From Phoronis australis (Eukaryota > Animalia > Phoronida), in the NCBI GenBank assembly GCA_002633005.1, contig NMRA01000582.1:100610-164609 (forward strand): a DNA stretch of 64,000 nt, in the 5' to 3' direction. This document shows positions 1 to 12,900 of the stretch, piece by piece. The position numbers and the translations under genes are program-made. The notes beneath the pieces were generated by a model. It worked only from the letters and a program-made list of their open reading frames with translations. It had not been told where the DNA came from and did no database searches. How positions within the stretch are numbered: the stretch's first letter is position 1; every line of letters starts with the position of its first letter.

Positions 1-70
1 TCACTTTCTGTACTCTGAGAATCAAACGTCACTTCCTGCTCAGCTGCTTGCCTCCTTCTTCTTCTTCTGG
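1..70 (-). CDS. TERF2IP: Probable further TERF2IP exon, running off window
   Basis: ttgtag|CC AGA AGA... gives ARRRRRRQAAEQEVTFDSQSTES, phase 1. Confidence 0.5.
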
Positions 71-3000
71 CTACAATTGATGACAGAAGAGTTAACTTAG
101 GCATTACAAGAGAGAGTGAAACACAGCACTCTCAACAGGTGTCGCTGTGCTAATGTCAACATTAACAGGAGGCAATGAAATACCCATGGCAAAAAACATC
201 ATGCAACTGCGGTGATGCATGACTTCCGGGTATGACGTACAGTCGCATAATGCCTCTTTTAAGTCATTTGCCTCTTGGCTGAACAGTTTGGACGCAAGGC
301 TGTCATGAACTGCAGTCCTGGCTCCTGGCAAATTTTCTGCACAACTGCTAGAAAGTACACTAGTTGAAAATTTAAGACCAGTACAGTATCTGACAAAGTC
401 AACTTCAAGGCTTGTTCATTCTCGTGGCATAAGTGTTTTGTAGCATGAATGTTTTGTTTTTACAATTAAAAAATAAACCGCTTTGAGTTGTGAACTATTT
501 TAAGTTATTTCTTCAAGCAATGATGTCCTCTAAAGGCAAATCCAAACATTATTTCCATGGCAACAATTCATGGTCAACGATGATTGGTTTATTATTTCAA
601 GGACACCGTGTTTAACAGTGATCGATTTGACGACCTGCAGGTCGCCAATGTGACCTCAGATTGTGCTTCGCAACATGGGATAAATCCCAAGTCGCCATGA
701 AGTCAGCTCTGCGAATATCAAAATCAGACAAAAATTCCCCCGCAATTTATTTCAAAGTTTGTGTTGACTTCCAAACATAGAATTACTAAACAGTTTTCCT
801 AGATTCAATACCTTTGGTTCACAATTGTTCTGCATATTTCAAGAACAGACAGCACACATCAAACACAATAGGAGATAAACAGACAAAGTCTAATTGTTTG
901 GCAAAAATTGTGCAAGATCGGTGAAACACGAGCCTCCAGTGTATATGATCACCTGCATTCTATCTTCGTTGGCAGGAGAAACTGAGTTTGAACGGTTCAC
1001 ATTTCTTACGAGGAGAAATTGAAGAGGTATATAGGTGTTTTTGAACGGTGTGCGGCATGAGCTCTGGACGATTTTGGCGTCAGTTTTGGCAACCTCAGAT
1101 TTCATTTGGCAACCTCAGATTTTCGCCAAGACACCAGATGCGACATGGCATAAAGCTAGGTGTCTGTTTAAGTTCTAAACTTTACTCCAAACAGGCCTTA
1201 ATCAACAAAAGATAGTTGTGTCCCAACTTACACAACTGAGGTGGATAAATGACTGGTAGAACATAATCATTTACAGCACTGACTATGTGAGTAGGGGGAT
1301 CATAGAAGACTAATATATTTTACACAACTGAGGAGGGAAAAATTGAACACTACCACTTATACAGTACATTATTATTTACACGACTAAAGTGGGCAGAGGA
1401 TATGATAGAACATTACCAATCATTGTCTGCTCTCTATTGCTTTCTTCACAGCCTCGTGATGAACTTTTTGGGCTCACAGATGGCGCTGCACATGACCTCA
1501 ATCGGTGTTGAGACATAGAAGTCTGCGAGTTCTCACTAGGAAGTGCTTCATTATTTTTCAAACACTTCAACAGTAATCCAGGTTTTGAGCTACTGGTAAT
1601 AGTCTTCAGTCCAGCTGAATAGGCACATTTTTCTCCCTCCAAATCTGTCGACTTTTGCTTTATAGCCTTAAATGGGCTTCTAGCGGCAGTTTTAGATCTC
1701 ACATTCCTAGATGGCGAATTGTCAGAGTCACTGGCGAACCTGCCGTTACTGGTTCGCGCTTTCCGAGCCGATTTGTTTCGAGAGTCGTTGGGTTCTTGCA
1801 GAATCTCAATTTTATTACCTGCTTGAGTGTATAAATTTCGTTTCCTAGGAGACCCATTTCCCGTGGAAGATGAGCGACAAGTTTCATTCTCAGCGCTCAA
1901 TGTTTTCTGTAACTCAATGTCTTCAGGTTCAGCATCTGTGAGTGAGACATATTGCTTCACATGCAGCGACGTGAACAACACATGAATGTAACTATGACAA
2001 CAAGGAAAGAAATGCTTTATAGAATATTAACAGCAAAAAAGACCTGCGGTAGTTATGAGTACTAACAAAGCTTTATACGTTATGTAAGAGCACATAGACT
2101 GCATTTCAAGACCATGTACAATTGTGAATCTGATGCACTCAGTTTAAACAGCAGCATTTCAGCACAAGTGCGTTTCCTTTAAGATTGGAGGAATAATAAT
2201 TCCTCTTTCTCCCAAACACTGAACATTTACAAAGAACGATGAAAAAACTTTGCTGCATTTCAGAATATGAACTCATCACGAACTGAGTGCACAACCCCAT
2301 CATAGCTGTCTGAAGTCCATTAAAGTGGAACTTGCACACTAATTCCTTATCTCTGTGATTGTTTGGTCAAATTAGTTAGAGACACGACATATAGCGATGA
2401 TATGGATGTGAAGTAGGCTGAAATTTGCTAAATGTTCTTAAAAACAAGTTTTGTGTCAAAAATCATCCACCGTAAATCACTTAACTGTATCAAGTACCGT
2501 GACGTGGTGTTGGGGAATAACGCTGTATGATGCAGACTGTGTGAGCCTCCAAGGTATGTCATTAGTGCAAGGGTCACTTATTAGGCAGAATTGTTTGTTT
2601 CCACATTCACAAGTTGTCAATGAATGCAACTGCTTTTTGTTTAGCGTAGATTATGTTCAAATGGTATTGTCGTTCAGTTCCTGCTATACATTAGCATTGT
2701 TAGGAACATGCAAATTCATCTTTAACCATAAAACCAGTGAGTGCACAAAAGCAGATTCAAAGACAGCCAAGAAATTATCAGAAGACACACATCTGCACAT
2801 GCACACGCATGAACACACACACTCATGTACATGTAGAACCCATGAACAGTTTGCAAGCAAATGCTCGGCAACATACTGAAGTGCATATTTCAAACACAAT
2901 GCCAGAGTGGCCTTCAAACCTGGACTTGAAGACTTGGGCAATAAGCTATCTGGTGACAAAGTAGGTTTATCTTCGCTGGCTTCACAAGGGCGCTTCGGTC

Positions 3001-6000
3001 CAAACGCATCAATCAACTCATCAAAAGTACTTGTGCTCACCATATGGTCCAGTTCTTCATCTGAAAAAACACAAAATGACTATAGATTACTATGACATCA
3101 TTTTATCAAAACAACAAAATTAAAACAACACTAATTAGGCAACATATTAAACATTTAGCAAACTGGTGATGCAACATGACACGACTAAACTTCAAGGCTT
3201 AGAACTGCACAAGCCCTCAACACGATGTTAAAACAACTAACCAGTCTTCAACCCTAGGTCAGCTCTCAGTCGCTTCTTCCACAGTGGTTTGATGTTGTAT
3301 TGGCCCAAGCGAGGCAATATGATGTTGTGATAATGGTCCTTCATACTTTGCCAAGTGTGAGGCGTTATCTAAACAACACCATATATCAGTCACACACAAC
3401 AATCTACAGACAAGACAAATGATACAGTGAATGGTAATGGTCACTTAAAAAGGCATGGAACGAAAGGTCGTCAAAAATATCTTTTAAACAATTCCTTATG
3501 AAAGTACCATCTCTCAACATCTACTACTTTTACCCTATGAGGAAGTTTCCAGAAAAAATAAAAAAATCAAGACTTTTGAAGTACGCGCTAAGCAACAACA
3601 CTGTATTCACCACAGAGTTTCTAATCTCCCTCGAACTTATCATAAATTGGCGCATGCGCTTCATTTGACAAACAGCTGACTGACAAGATGGGATATCAAT
3701 GGGTGATTCCACTCCGAATCTGAGGTCAACAGCCCAGTATGAGGCAAGCCAGTGAAGCAAGGGATTTCAAGGGCATTTTAGAAATCAATATATTTGAATA
3801 CTACGGTACCTTTATAACCAATTTTAAGAAGCTAGGACTTATATCAATTGCTTCTTAATCAGACTGGCTGCTGCTTGAAGTCGCCATAGTTTTCTATATC
3901 AAAGATTAAATTTTCCATATATACGAGGGTCGTTCAATAAGTTCTCAGCCTCACCAAGAAAACAGGGACGTGGGTTAATTTTTTTCACACCATAGTAAAA
4001 TTTCATCTTTTATAACAGTACTGCGTTCATGCTGAATTAGTACGGTCAACTGTTGCTAGGTGGCGCTGCTCCAAAAAAGCAGACGCCAACACATTTCGCG
4101 GCATGGAGATAACGGAGACGAGAGCTATCATAAAGTACTTGGGCAAAAAAGGAATGAAACCAAAAGACATTCATGAAGAGATGTGAAAAACACTCGAAAC
4201 AGACTCCCCGAGCTACTCCACAGTAAAAAAGTGGTCAGCTTATTTCAAGAGGGGTAGAGAAAGTGTTGAAGATGACCCTCGTCCAGGACGTCCCAAATTA
4301 TCAAAGACCACTCACCTCCAGTTTTTCCATTGTCTGCCACAAGGCATTTCCCTTGACCTCTGTATGTTTATACTCTTCAGCTATATACCTGATAATGGCA
4401 TGTTCTTCACCCAAGTTGTACCTCCTGCGACTAAAGTGTAATGAAACACAGACAGCATAAGATAGAGATTGGAAAGAAAGAAATCTCGCCAGTAAAAACT
4501 ACAACTGTTCACAAATACAAAATGTGAAATTACTTATAAAAACCCCCAAAATCTGGTAAAAAATCCCAAGTTTGGGAAAGACTATAAACTTTGGGACACA
4601 GAAATTAAAGCCAGAACTGATTTTGCCCGACTCTGAAGATCAATTACAATTGCCTCCAAAATTCATGGAAAATCCCAGAGCCCAGGGCAGTAGTGCCGTC
4701 AAGACGAGGTCAGGTTGGAGTTGGCCAAGTCAAGGAAAAACATTAAACAAAGTGACTAATGGGACTCAGTTACAATGTGGACAGTTGTTCAAGTTAACTG
4801 TAAACATGTATTGGCAACTCTATTGCATGCATTTTGTTCATTGTGCATATTTTAATCATTCACTGGAACTTGACAAACTCCTATATTTATTTTCATAAGC
4901 TGGACAAAATTTGAAACCCTCACTTCATTTTTGAAATAAAGAGGAAGAGACTCGTCACCATGAATCAAATAGACTTTGCATCCATACTGACAATTCACGC
5001 TGGCCCAAACTTACCCCTTTTTGTCTTGAGCTTGGAGTTGAATGATGCCACTGGTTGGAGAGTCTTCAATATCAATGTCAAACACAGACTTATCTCCAGG
5101 CGTCACCCTGTAACATAAATACTGGGTAGGTACTAACTGCATCAATAGTATAGTGCTCACATGCCACGCAATAAAAACCAGGGCAGTCTGAACTTGTTTT
5201 CACAGCTGTAGTGGTAGGCTGTTTCTTCCCGATACAATATTTTAAAGCTGAATGTGGCCCGCGTTTAACTGACAATCTTGAAATCTTAAGCAAAGCACAT
5301 TCTGGCTTAAAAACATTACCACACTCATCTGATCTTGGATTAGTGCCAGAAAAATTAGCAACTAAAGCCACTGGCAAGGTGAATCCATGACTTCAGGATT
5401 AGCCAACCCCGACACACTCTGAAGCGTTTTCTTAAGTCAGTCATGGTTTTGATGTTCTTGTTGGTAAAGTCGGAAATAGATCTCAGTAAGGAATATTATG
5501 GGATTGATTTTCTGAGCGTAAAAAACCAATTTGATTTTCATTTTTTTATTTTTTAGCCAGCAAGACAACGCAAAATGTGGCTGTAACAGCAGGTTAGTCA
5601 ATGCTTCCTAATCAAAACAAACAAAAAAACAAGGAGGAAAATTGATTGTATGAGTTTACATTTAACAGGACAATTCACCACATTGTTCTCCACATTTAAT
5701 AGGGCAAACTCATATTTTGAGAAAATTATACCCAGGTGCCCTTTTACCAAAGCACCACAATGGACAAACATTATGAAAAGGCCCTAACATCACAAATTCA
5801 GTTTAAACTGTTCAAGATATACCCATCTTCTTTAACTTATGGCATCAACTCGAATTTTGCTGGGACCATTTAGAAAACCCGTACATGTGCTATCCTTGCA
5901 GGTATTTTACACTAATCATCGACCTGTGCAGCCCAATTTATAGCCACTACTACTTAGAAGCGTTATACCGAAGGTCACTTTTATAAAGAGATAAATTATA

Positions 6001-9000
6001 AATATAAGCACAGGAAAACACATTCGTAAACTCCAGTAGACTAAAATTCAGTAAACAAAACAAAGATAAAAGTTACCTGTACTTTTCTTTATCTAAGAGT
6101 GTATTGGCCACACAGCAGTCCGTTATATACACTGACGAGTATACGTTATCACTGATCACCTTGTCTTCTGGCAGAGCAAGCCTGTATTCAATAAAATTAT
6201 CACATCTGATACTATGACACAACATCGTGAATACAAGTAACATTACCTCAGTGATAACGATACTCTGGTATGATGCATGATGCAAAGACACAGTATCAAG
6301 GCTATGGTACCATACAAAATACAATAACATGGCATAAATGATGACCTCAAACAAGATACAGTGACTTAGTGAAAGAGAGGTCCGATATAGTATCCTACAA
6401 GACACATAGTATGAACAATGATCTCATTTAAGATAAAACAACTTACCGGCAATTTTTATTTCAATGTACACCTAAGCTGTGAATCACTTACTGTATGGCA
6501 GATTCGTGAATTGAGTGCGTCAAAATATGCCCACCACCGTGCTGAAAAGGAAATGATAGTTGCGTGATCAAGGATCTTCCTGGATTGCGCCTTTGCGCCA
6601 TTAGCACATAAAAACTAAAAAGCGCACAAGTACATTGCAGCAGTGTGCCAAAAATGCAAGGTTCTACTAGTCAACTTACAGTCAATCGGGTAAAAACAAT
6701 GAGTCTGCTTGCCACTTTAATTACACTAAGTCTGCTGGGCACAATTTTTTGATAAATGATATACTTTTTATCATCAGGTGCACAGGTTCAAACAGGTCAG
6801 GAATATCCCTGGATCATTCATGAACTCTTCAATAAACTGCATGAGCACAGCCACAAAAAGTTTACCACAATACATAATCTATGCAGTGCATTCATTCAAT
6901 GCATTATCTATAAGACTACTACTTGTAAGTATAGTGTTTGGGTTAAAGTTACTGGTACACACAAAAAAAACAGAAAATGAAATTTTGGATCCTACAGTAA
7001 CAACAAATTTAAGACACATTCTTGTGTTCCACAGCAAATTACGAGTAGTAGGCAACCCTGTAGCCTCGTCTCTCGCCACTACGACTGGCAAGAGGACTGA
7101 CCAAAAAAATCCAGTTACTTGAAAGCTGTTGCGTAATTTACCACCAGTTTTCACTTGCACTGCAACTGTCATGCTTCACAACAGCAAGAACAACAACTCA
7201 CATGTCTAATCGTATGAAAAACGCCACCTGGGCACTGGTCTGATTTAGAGAACCAGGCAATCACTGAATAACAGGTCCATTATTTAGTGGTTCCCTAAAT
7301 CCTGGACGCTTTATCCAACCAATATTCACTACCTATTAGCAGTCAATCCATTGGTTGAGTGGGTACCTTTTGTGGTCATTTCCCAAGAAATACTGATAGC
7401 ATACTAATAACTGGAGGCGTACACAGGCAATAGTACACCCCTATAAAAAGTTACTTATTGCAAAATCAAGCTAAAAACATCGAATGAAACTTGCAATGCT
7501 TTATAATTACAGTAACAGACACCATGACTCTAGAGATAATTCAGTCAACACAATTTGAACATATCCATGAAACTCTGTTGGGGTTCACTCGAGCTTGCTT
7601 CAGCGGGTGCTGTTTTGAGTTAGTTATACAAAATCATTCAAGGCTGCTGACGAACAAAGAGTCCAAAGTTCACAAATATTACAAATTCCATCACCAGGTT
7701 ACGCGCTTCACTCAGTCTAGACAGAGCCACCAGCTCTAATTAGCCGTAGAGACGTCATATCTCCTGGCATGCGTAAAATGGCCATTTGCCGAATTGGACA
7801 AATGAATGAAGGACTGCTCGAAAAAAATTTTGATTATGGGAGTATTTGTTTGAGTTGGATTCAGTTAGAAGGAATAAAAGACATTGAGGTAATTGTTTAC
7901 AATATGATGACATTGACTTACACAAATGATTTTGGTATCGTTCGATTCCTTGCAAGGTTATCTTTCCAAAATACACAGAAATTTTTCCTACCCCGTTCCC
8001 TTCATATTTTATCGTGAAATTTCTGCTCGCACTATTTCCCGGTACACGGTAGTAATACCGCCATGTTGAATGGAAGGAGTCACCTGGCGGTCAAAAAATG
8101 AACTAATCTAGACTTCTGCAGATCGTCGCTTTTCATAAGGTCAAATTGACCGAGACCCTTCTATCCCCCGCCCGAGTTACGGTCCCAAGGGTTCGAATTC
8201 GATCCTATGGTGACCCTGGTACGCATTTGCTAGAGCACGAGTCTGCGAAAAAGCGGAAGTTGTTTTTAAAGTCCATATTGGTGAAAATGGTATCACTTCA
8301 GACAATTTCGTGAAGAAATGGTCAAATGGTCACAAGCATAAAAAAAATTGAAAAAGGTGAATGAAATGCTGCAACTTGTTCCTCCATATTATGTCAGGAA
8401 AACTTTAGCGGGAATCTCGTGAGGGCAAAAAATTCAGAATCGACGATGCCGTTTCATTCATTAACAACAGGTGTCGCAGTAATCTTGAGTTGAGCTAACA
8501 TGGCGGTTTCAACCGGGAAATAGTGCAAACCGAAATTCGACTATAAAATTCGGAAGAAACGCGGTAAGGGATACATTCATATGTTTTGCTTTTGGAAAGA
8601 TAACGTTACAAGGAATCGAACGATGCCAAAATCATGTGTGTAGTCAATGTCGTCATATTGTAAACAATTACCGACATTGACGGCCTCCAAAGGTGTCCCT
8701 CTATGCTCATAATGTACTTATAACAACGTGACTTAGATTTCTTAATCAGTGTGAGGCATAACTCCCCGAATTAAAGCTTTCAGCCTATGAAATGCTTCAC
8801 CAATGCCACCATATCTACTGAGGCCAGCGACACGTCTATTATAGTCTAGATGTTGATATAGGTTTCACTGCGAGGTGATGAGCAGAAGAACCTGGGCTGA
8901 GTGAAATTTTGGGGTCTAACGGAGCTCAATACACGGTGGTACCTAGATGTATTTTGACGACAGTCTTCGTAACTGGCTGGCAAGACACAACTTCACTGTC

Positions 9001-9211
9001 TTCAGATTTCAGAAGGTTGCTTGTTTTGCCATCAGCGCTCTGCCTTCCACGGCCATGCAAGGATCAGCAACAAAAGACATCTACGCCTATGCCTCACCTC
9101 TACCATTTTCTTCAATCTAACTCTTTCGGGACAAGGTCGCAAAACAAACTTCATTGGTTCTTCGGTCTCTTTATTTACAAACAACTTATTATCGTGCGAA
9201 TAAACCGCCAT
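1..9211 (-). CDS. TERF2IP: Telomeric repeat-binding factor 2-interacting protein 1 (Rap1), spliced gene, 3' end beyond window
   Basis: Exons (minus): 9098-9211, 6492-6541, 6077-6181, 5015-5107, 4316-4430, 3242-3368, 2920-3060, 1417-1935, 1-70, with GT/AG sites and compatible phases. Spliced product MAVYSHDNKLFVNKETEEPMKFVLRPCPERVRLKKMVE-HGGGHIL...YSSVYITDCCVANTLLDKEKYR resembles the Rap1 BRCT domain; GRRRYNLGEEHAIIRYI...VKGNALWQTMEKLE-ITPHTWQSMKDHY resembles the Rap1 Myb domain. The last three exons are less certain. Confidence 0.88.
1417..1935 (-). CDS. TERF2IP: TERF2IP exon 8 (S/R/K-rich linker)
   Basis: Within 201-aa ORF 1376-1981; ctcacag acceptor and G|gtaatg donor; phase 1-1. Confidence 0.65.
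2920..3060 (-). CDS. TERF2IP: TERF2IP exon 7 (low complexity)
   Basis: Strong ttttttcag acceptor, DEELDHMVSTSTFDELIDAFGPKRP...; donor position (G|gtttga) uncertain. Confidence 0.6.
3242..3368 (-). CDS. TERF2IP: TERF2IP exon 6 (Myb C-half)
   Basis: ITPHTWQSMKDHYHNIILPRLGQYNIKPLWKKRLRADLGLKT; tttag / gttagt. Confidence 0.88.
3922..4297 (+). mobile_element. Mariner (Tc1/mariner) transposon 5' remnant
   Basis: TA+CGAGGGTCGTTCAATAAG terminus; from 4103 MEITETRAIIKYLGKKGMKPKDIHEEM*KTLETDSPSYSTVKKWSAYFKRGRESVEDDPRPGRP, the mariner N-terminal HTH with an in-frame stop; truncated. Confidence 0.88.
4316..4430 (-). CDS. TERF2IP: TERF2IP exon 5 (Myb N-half)
   Basis: RRRYNLGEEHAIIRYIAEEYKHTEVKGNALWQTMEKLE; tttag / gtgag. 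Confidence 0.88.
5015..5107 (-). CDS. TERF2IP: TERF2IP exon 4 (linker)
   Basis: VTPGDKSVFDIDIEDSPTSGIIQLQAQDKKG; ttacag / gtaag; phase 2-2. Confidence 0.8.
6077..6181 (-). CDS. TERF2IP: TERF2IP exon 3 (BRCT C-terminal half)
   Basis: LALPEDKVISDNVYSSVYITDCCVANTLLDKEKY; tacag / gtaac; phase 2-2. Confidence 0.85.
6492..6541 (-). CDS. TERF2IP: TERF2IP exon 2 (BRCT HGGG motif)
   Basis: tttcag|CACGGTGGTGGG...CA|gtaagt; phase 0 to 2. Confidence 0.8.
7888..8672. mobile_element. MITE with ~180-bp imperfect TIRs and 8-bp TSD (Merlin-like termini)
   Basis: GGTAATTGTTTACAATATGA... / ...TCATATTGTAAACAATTACC; flanked on both sides by GACATTGA (7880-7887, 8673-8680). Confidence 0.85.
9098..9211 (-). CDS. 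TERF2IP: TERF2IP exon 1 (ATG, start of BRCT)
   Basis: caaaATGGCG start; 38 codons; GAG|gtgag donor. Confidence 0.85.
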
Positions 9212-9976
9212 TTTGCCTGAATGAAACTCTACTCCCCAAAAAAGTATATTTCGATCGAAACGACAGACGTAGTCTCGAGCCCAGATTCAAAGTATTGACT
9301 GGATCACGGCCAATAAACATTGTCCCAAAGCGACAGGAAAGGTAGCAGGCCCGTAGGAAGGAAAAAATTATTGAGGGGGGGGGGCACAAACCAATTTGAC
9401 TCCCCCAAGCTATTCCCCCCCGCCCCCCTATGTCCGCCATCATAGATGCGGGCGGGGGATGCATGATGAGGATTTGTGAGTAACCGTGAACCAACAAAGT
9501 TTCACGGAGGGTATAAGAATGGGTCTAGGGCTAGCGTACGGGTAGATGGAAGCTGCCGAAGTAACCATAGCTGCCGTGGGCTCCAACAGTGTATTCGTAC
9601 CCATTCCTCTGCTTTGGCCGGGTTGAAGGTTGAGGCTTATTTCAAGATCCAGTTTCGGGAAACTGACTTCATTTTAGTATGGCCAGTCTTTGAAGTAAAT
9701 TTTCTTGGAAAAGTGAGGTCCCGACATGCCTGATATGAATGCCTTTGTGGCCGGTTTCAGAGTCTCTACTAGATGAAACACAGCCGGTAGTCCAGTTTCT
9801 GGTTGCTCAGATGATACAGAGTCAGTGTGTCCCAAAAATGTGCACAATTCAACGCCTGGAGTTCAAATTCAATTTGAGCTCCCGTGGGTAGCTGATATTC
9901 TACTCATGCCTACTGCATGGTTACATCTTATTTTTAACGTGGGTGTGCCAGTCACGTGTTCCGGAAGGCCTAGTAC

Positions 9977-10197
9977 ATGCGCGCACCCAGAGCAAGGGGG
10001 CGGGGGAATCGAACGAGCCCCCCATTTGCAAAAGTGGGTACAAAGGTCCGCCTCAAAGAAACAAAATGTCCCAGAAAAACGACATAAAAGGAATTCGGCG
10101 CATGCATAATTCATAGCCCTGAACATACCCAGTATTCCGGTCTTTTCTTTAGTAAAAGGTCCACGTCCTCAAAAATGTTAGGCTGGGTGCGTGCATG
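9977..10197. mobile_element. Small MITE
   Basis: TIR CATGCGCGCACCCAG ... CTGGGTGCGTGCATG with G-rich subterminal tract; no clear TSD. Confidence 0.55.
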
Positions 10198-11449
10198 CCG
10201 TGTGTGTTGTAGGCCTATGCACGAGAAGCAAAAGATTCAGTTTTGAAGAACAAAAATTCATTGCACAATGCAACTGGAAACTAAAAACATCATACAACTG
10301 CAAAGAGAACCTTTCCAAGTTGATGACCAATGAGTTGGATTTTATTTATTTCAGTACTTAAACGTCTTCGATCTCGGTTTGTAAACTTAAACCCAGTAAT
10401 CTAGTTAGGCCAACAAACAATTTATTGTCACTTGAATTGTGAGAGCATTTTAGGACACTTTGTAGAGCTGTTCGAAATTCATCCATGATTTTCCTTGAGA
10501 CTTAATTTCCATTTGATCCCTTGCTAGTGAGCTTAAACAACAAAACTTGTACCGAAGTCAAAAAGCAAATGAATGTGTTTGTTTCCAATTGAATTGTGAG
10601 TACATTTTGGGAACTGTTCAAATTTCATCAATGTCTTTAACACTTATATTAGATAGGCAATGAAAAAGCGTCCAGGTGCACTTTACTATTTGGGGATCTG
10701 ATTATAGCTTTTTCCATATCCAGGCTTCAACTAAATTCCATGAATCGTCATCATTTCTTAAAAGATTAGCTTCTAATTGCCAAAAATCATCTATTAACCT
10801 GTCGGTTTTCGGAGATACATAAACATGTAAATCAGAAACCAACGAATTTGTTAATCAAAACGAAATGACTGTACTTCGGGAGCAAGTTTTCGGTTATACA
10901 GAATTTGTTAAATGCACGACACTTTTCATTGTTCACAGTCTTTATTCCGTTGCGTTCATACTTTCGGAACAAAACTCTACTCTCAACTGAACATAGATAC
11001 AGTAACTGACCTAGCGACATAATTAAAAGACACACGATATTTCGAAACATACTTGTTTCATTCTCAAATGAACAATGAGATAAAATGACGCAGTAATGCC
11101 ACCACAGAGTATAAGCTGACGACACACACAGTGAGACACCCGGCGGGTGTGAAATACTGCAAAAAAGAATGACTAAAGAATTGGGGTAACAGGAAGGTCA
11201 CGCAAACAAGTGTAACGTGCGGCGCGACCCTGTTTGCTGCTCATTCAAAATAGGCTTCTCAAAAGCAATTAGAAGGGACTCTAATACTTTTCAAACGCAG
11301 CACATCTTGCTCCACGTAGCGAATTGACGTGTTTTCCACAAATTCTTGACGGGTGATTCAATTACGTGCGTGGTATTGCAGAAAATGATCTTGAATGGCG
11401 CCATTTTGAAGATGCATGGATAACCGACGCGAAAGACTGCGAAAAGAGG

Positions 11450-12355
11450 GCTAGCAATGTGATTGGTGGTATTCCTATCTATGTACGTTATGTAGATGAC
11501 ATTTTTGTTTATTGTGCCTTTGATGACTTGTTATCAGTACGTGATGAACTTGAGCGTCACTCTGTATTGAAGTTTACCCACGAGCTTCCTGTAAATGACA
11601 AGATTCCGTTTTTGGACGTTCTTGTGAACCATTCCCCTTCTGAATTTTCTACATCACTGAGTTTACCACAAGCCTAATGATAAAGGTTTCTGTCTCCACG
11701 CCAAAAGTGAGTGCCCTGAGCGGTACAAGGTCGCCGTTGTGGTCAACTTCCTAAAGAGGGCGTATTCGGTGTCGTCCAACTCAGTGGCTATTGTTCAATC
11801 AAGAGGTATATCGCATAAGGCAAACACTGGTGAATAATGCGTATACCAATGCTTTTGTGGATTTCCATATTAAGCGATTTGTGTCCAGAATTAGCTATGA
11901 ATTCCCTGCACGTCGGGCCGGTGTCACCAAAAATATATTTTACAAAAATGTCACGTCTAATAATTACCCCCAGGACGAACACGCCACTGATTAAGAAAAT
12001 CATAAGAGACAATGGTTAAAGTTTGTAAACCTGATGATTACCTTGATGTTATTATTTATTATCGGAATACGAAGTCCTCCAACTTGGTCATGAAAAATAA
12101 CATTTCTAAAGTGAAAGTCCGCCCCGTCAGTGTAGTGTTGTTTATGAGTTTGTATGCCCTATGAATGAATGTCTTCGTTCAAACGTCAAACAATGTTACA
12201 TTGGTCAAACGGTTTGCAGTCTTTCCCGTCGGTTATCCATGCCTCTTCAAAATGGCGCCATTCAAGATCATTTTCTGCAATACCACGCACGTAAAATCAC
12301 CCGTCAAGAATTTGTGGAAAACACGTCAATTCGCTACATTATTTTTGGTCATAGT
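11450..12355 (+). mobile_element. Penelope-like retroelement remnant (RT C-half + GIY-YIG endonuclease)
   Basis: YVRYVDDIF, FTHELPVNDKIPFLDVLV, then CYIGQTVCSLSRRLS; frameshifted and 5'-truncated. Confidence 0.85.
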
Positions 12356-12758
12356 AACGATTAGAAAACGGACAATCTCCCACGCTCATTGCACCACATA
12401 GATGTGACTTGAATGGTAATCGACACTTGTCCTGCTGTAGCCTACATATCCTGGTAATGTCTTATGAAAAGACGAAACGTTGAGTTAACAAGAACTTTTT
12501 TATTTGTGCGGCGATTGTCCATTTTCCAATTATTCTAAAGCTAACCATCGGAAATAATTCTTTTGTGTAATTAAAAATAGGGGTCTTCACGTTCTTCAAA
12601 ATTCCACCCTTTTGATGGCGGTCAATCCTATTGTATTTTTTTTACATTTTTGGTTGTTTGGATCGAATGTCTTGATACTTCTGTGATGTGCACGAATGAT
12701 TGTGTTTTTTATGAATTTGGAATCTCAAATTCCCTGGAGAATACGTACTTGGCAGTGT

Positions 12759-12900
12759 CCATGGGCGGCGCAACAAAGGGGGCTGGGGGGCTATAGCCCC
12801 ATTTTTTTCCGTGCTGGGCCGCCCATGGTCTATGGGCGGTGCATCACAGGGGGCTGGGGGCTTTAGCCCCCACTTTTTTCAGTGCCCGCGCCGCCCATGG
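12759..12900. repeat. Two tandem ~70-bp mini-MITE/hairpin units
   Basis: (C)CATGGGCGG(C/T)GC...GGGGGCTGGGGG...GCCGCCCATGG repeated twice, each self-complementary at its ends. Confidence 0.6.

Noticed and set aside
890-1165. Additional TERF2IP exon (ORF 890-1105, with an 18-bp direct repeat)
   Set aside because: No phase-compatible acceptor without a stop could be found.
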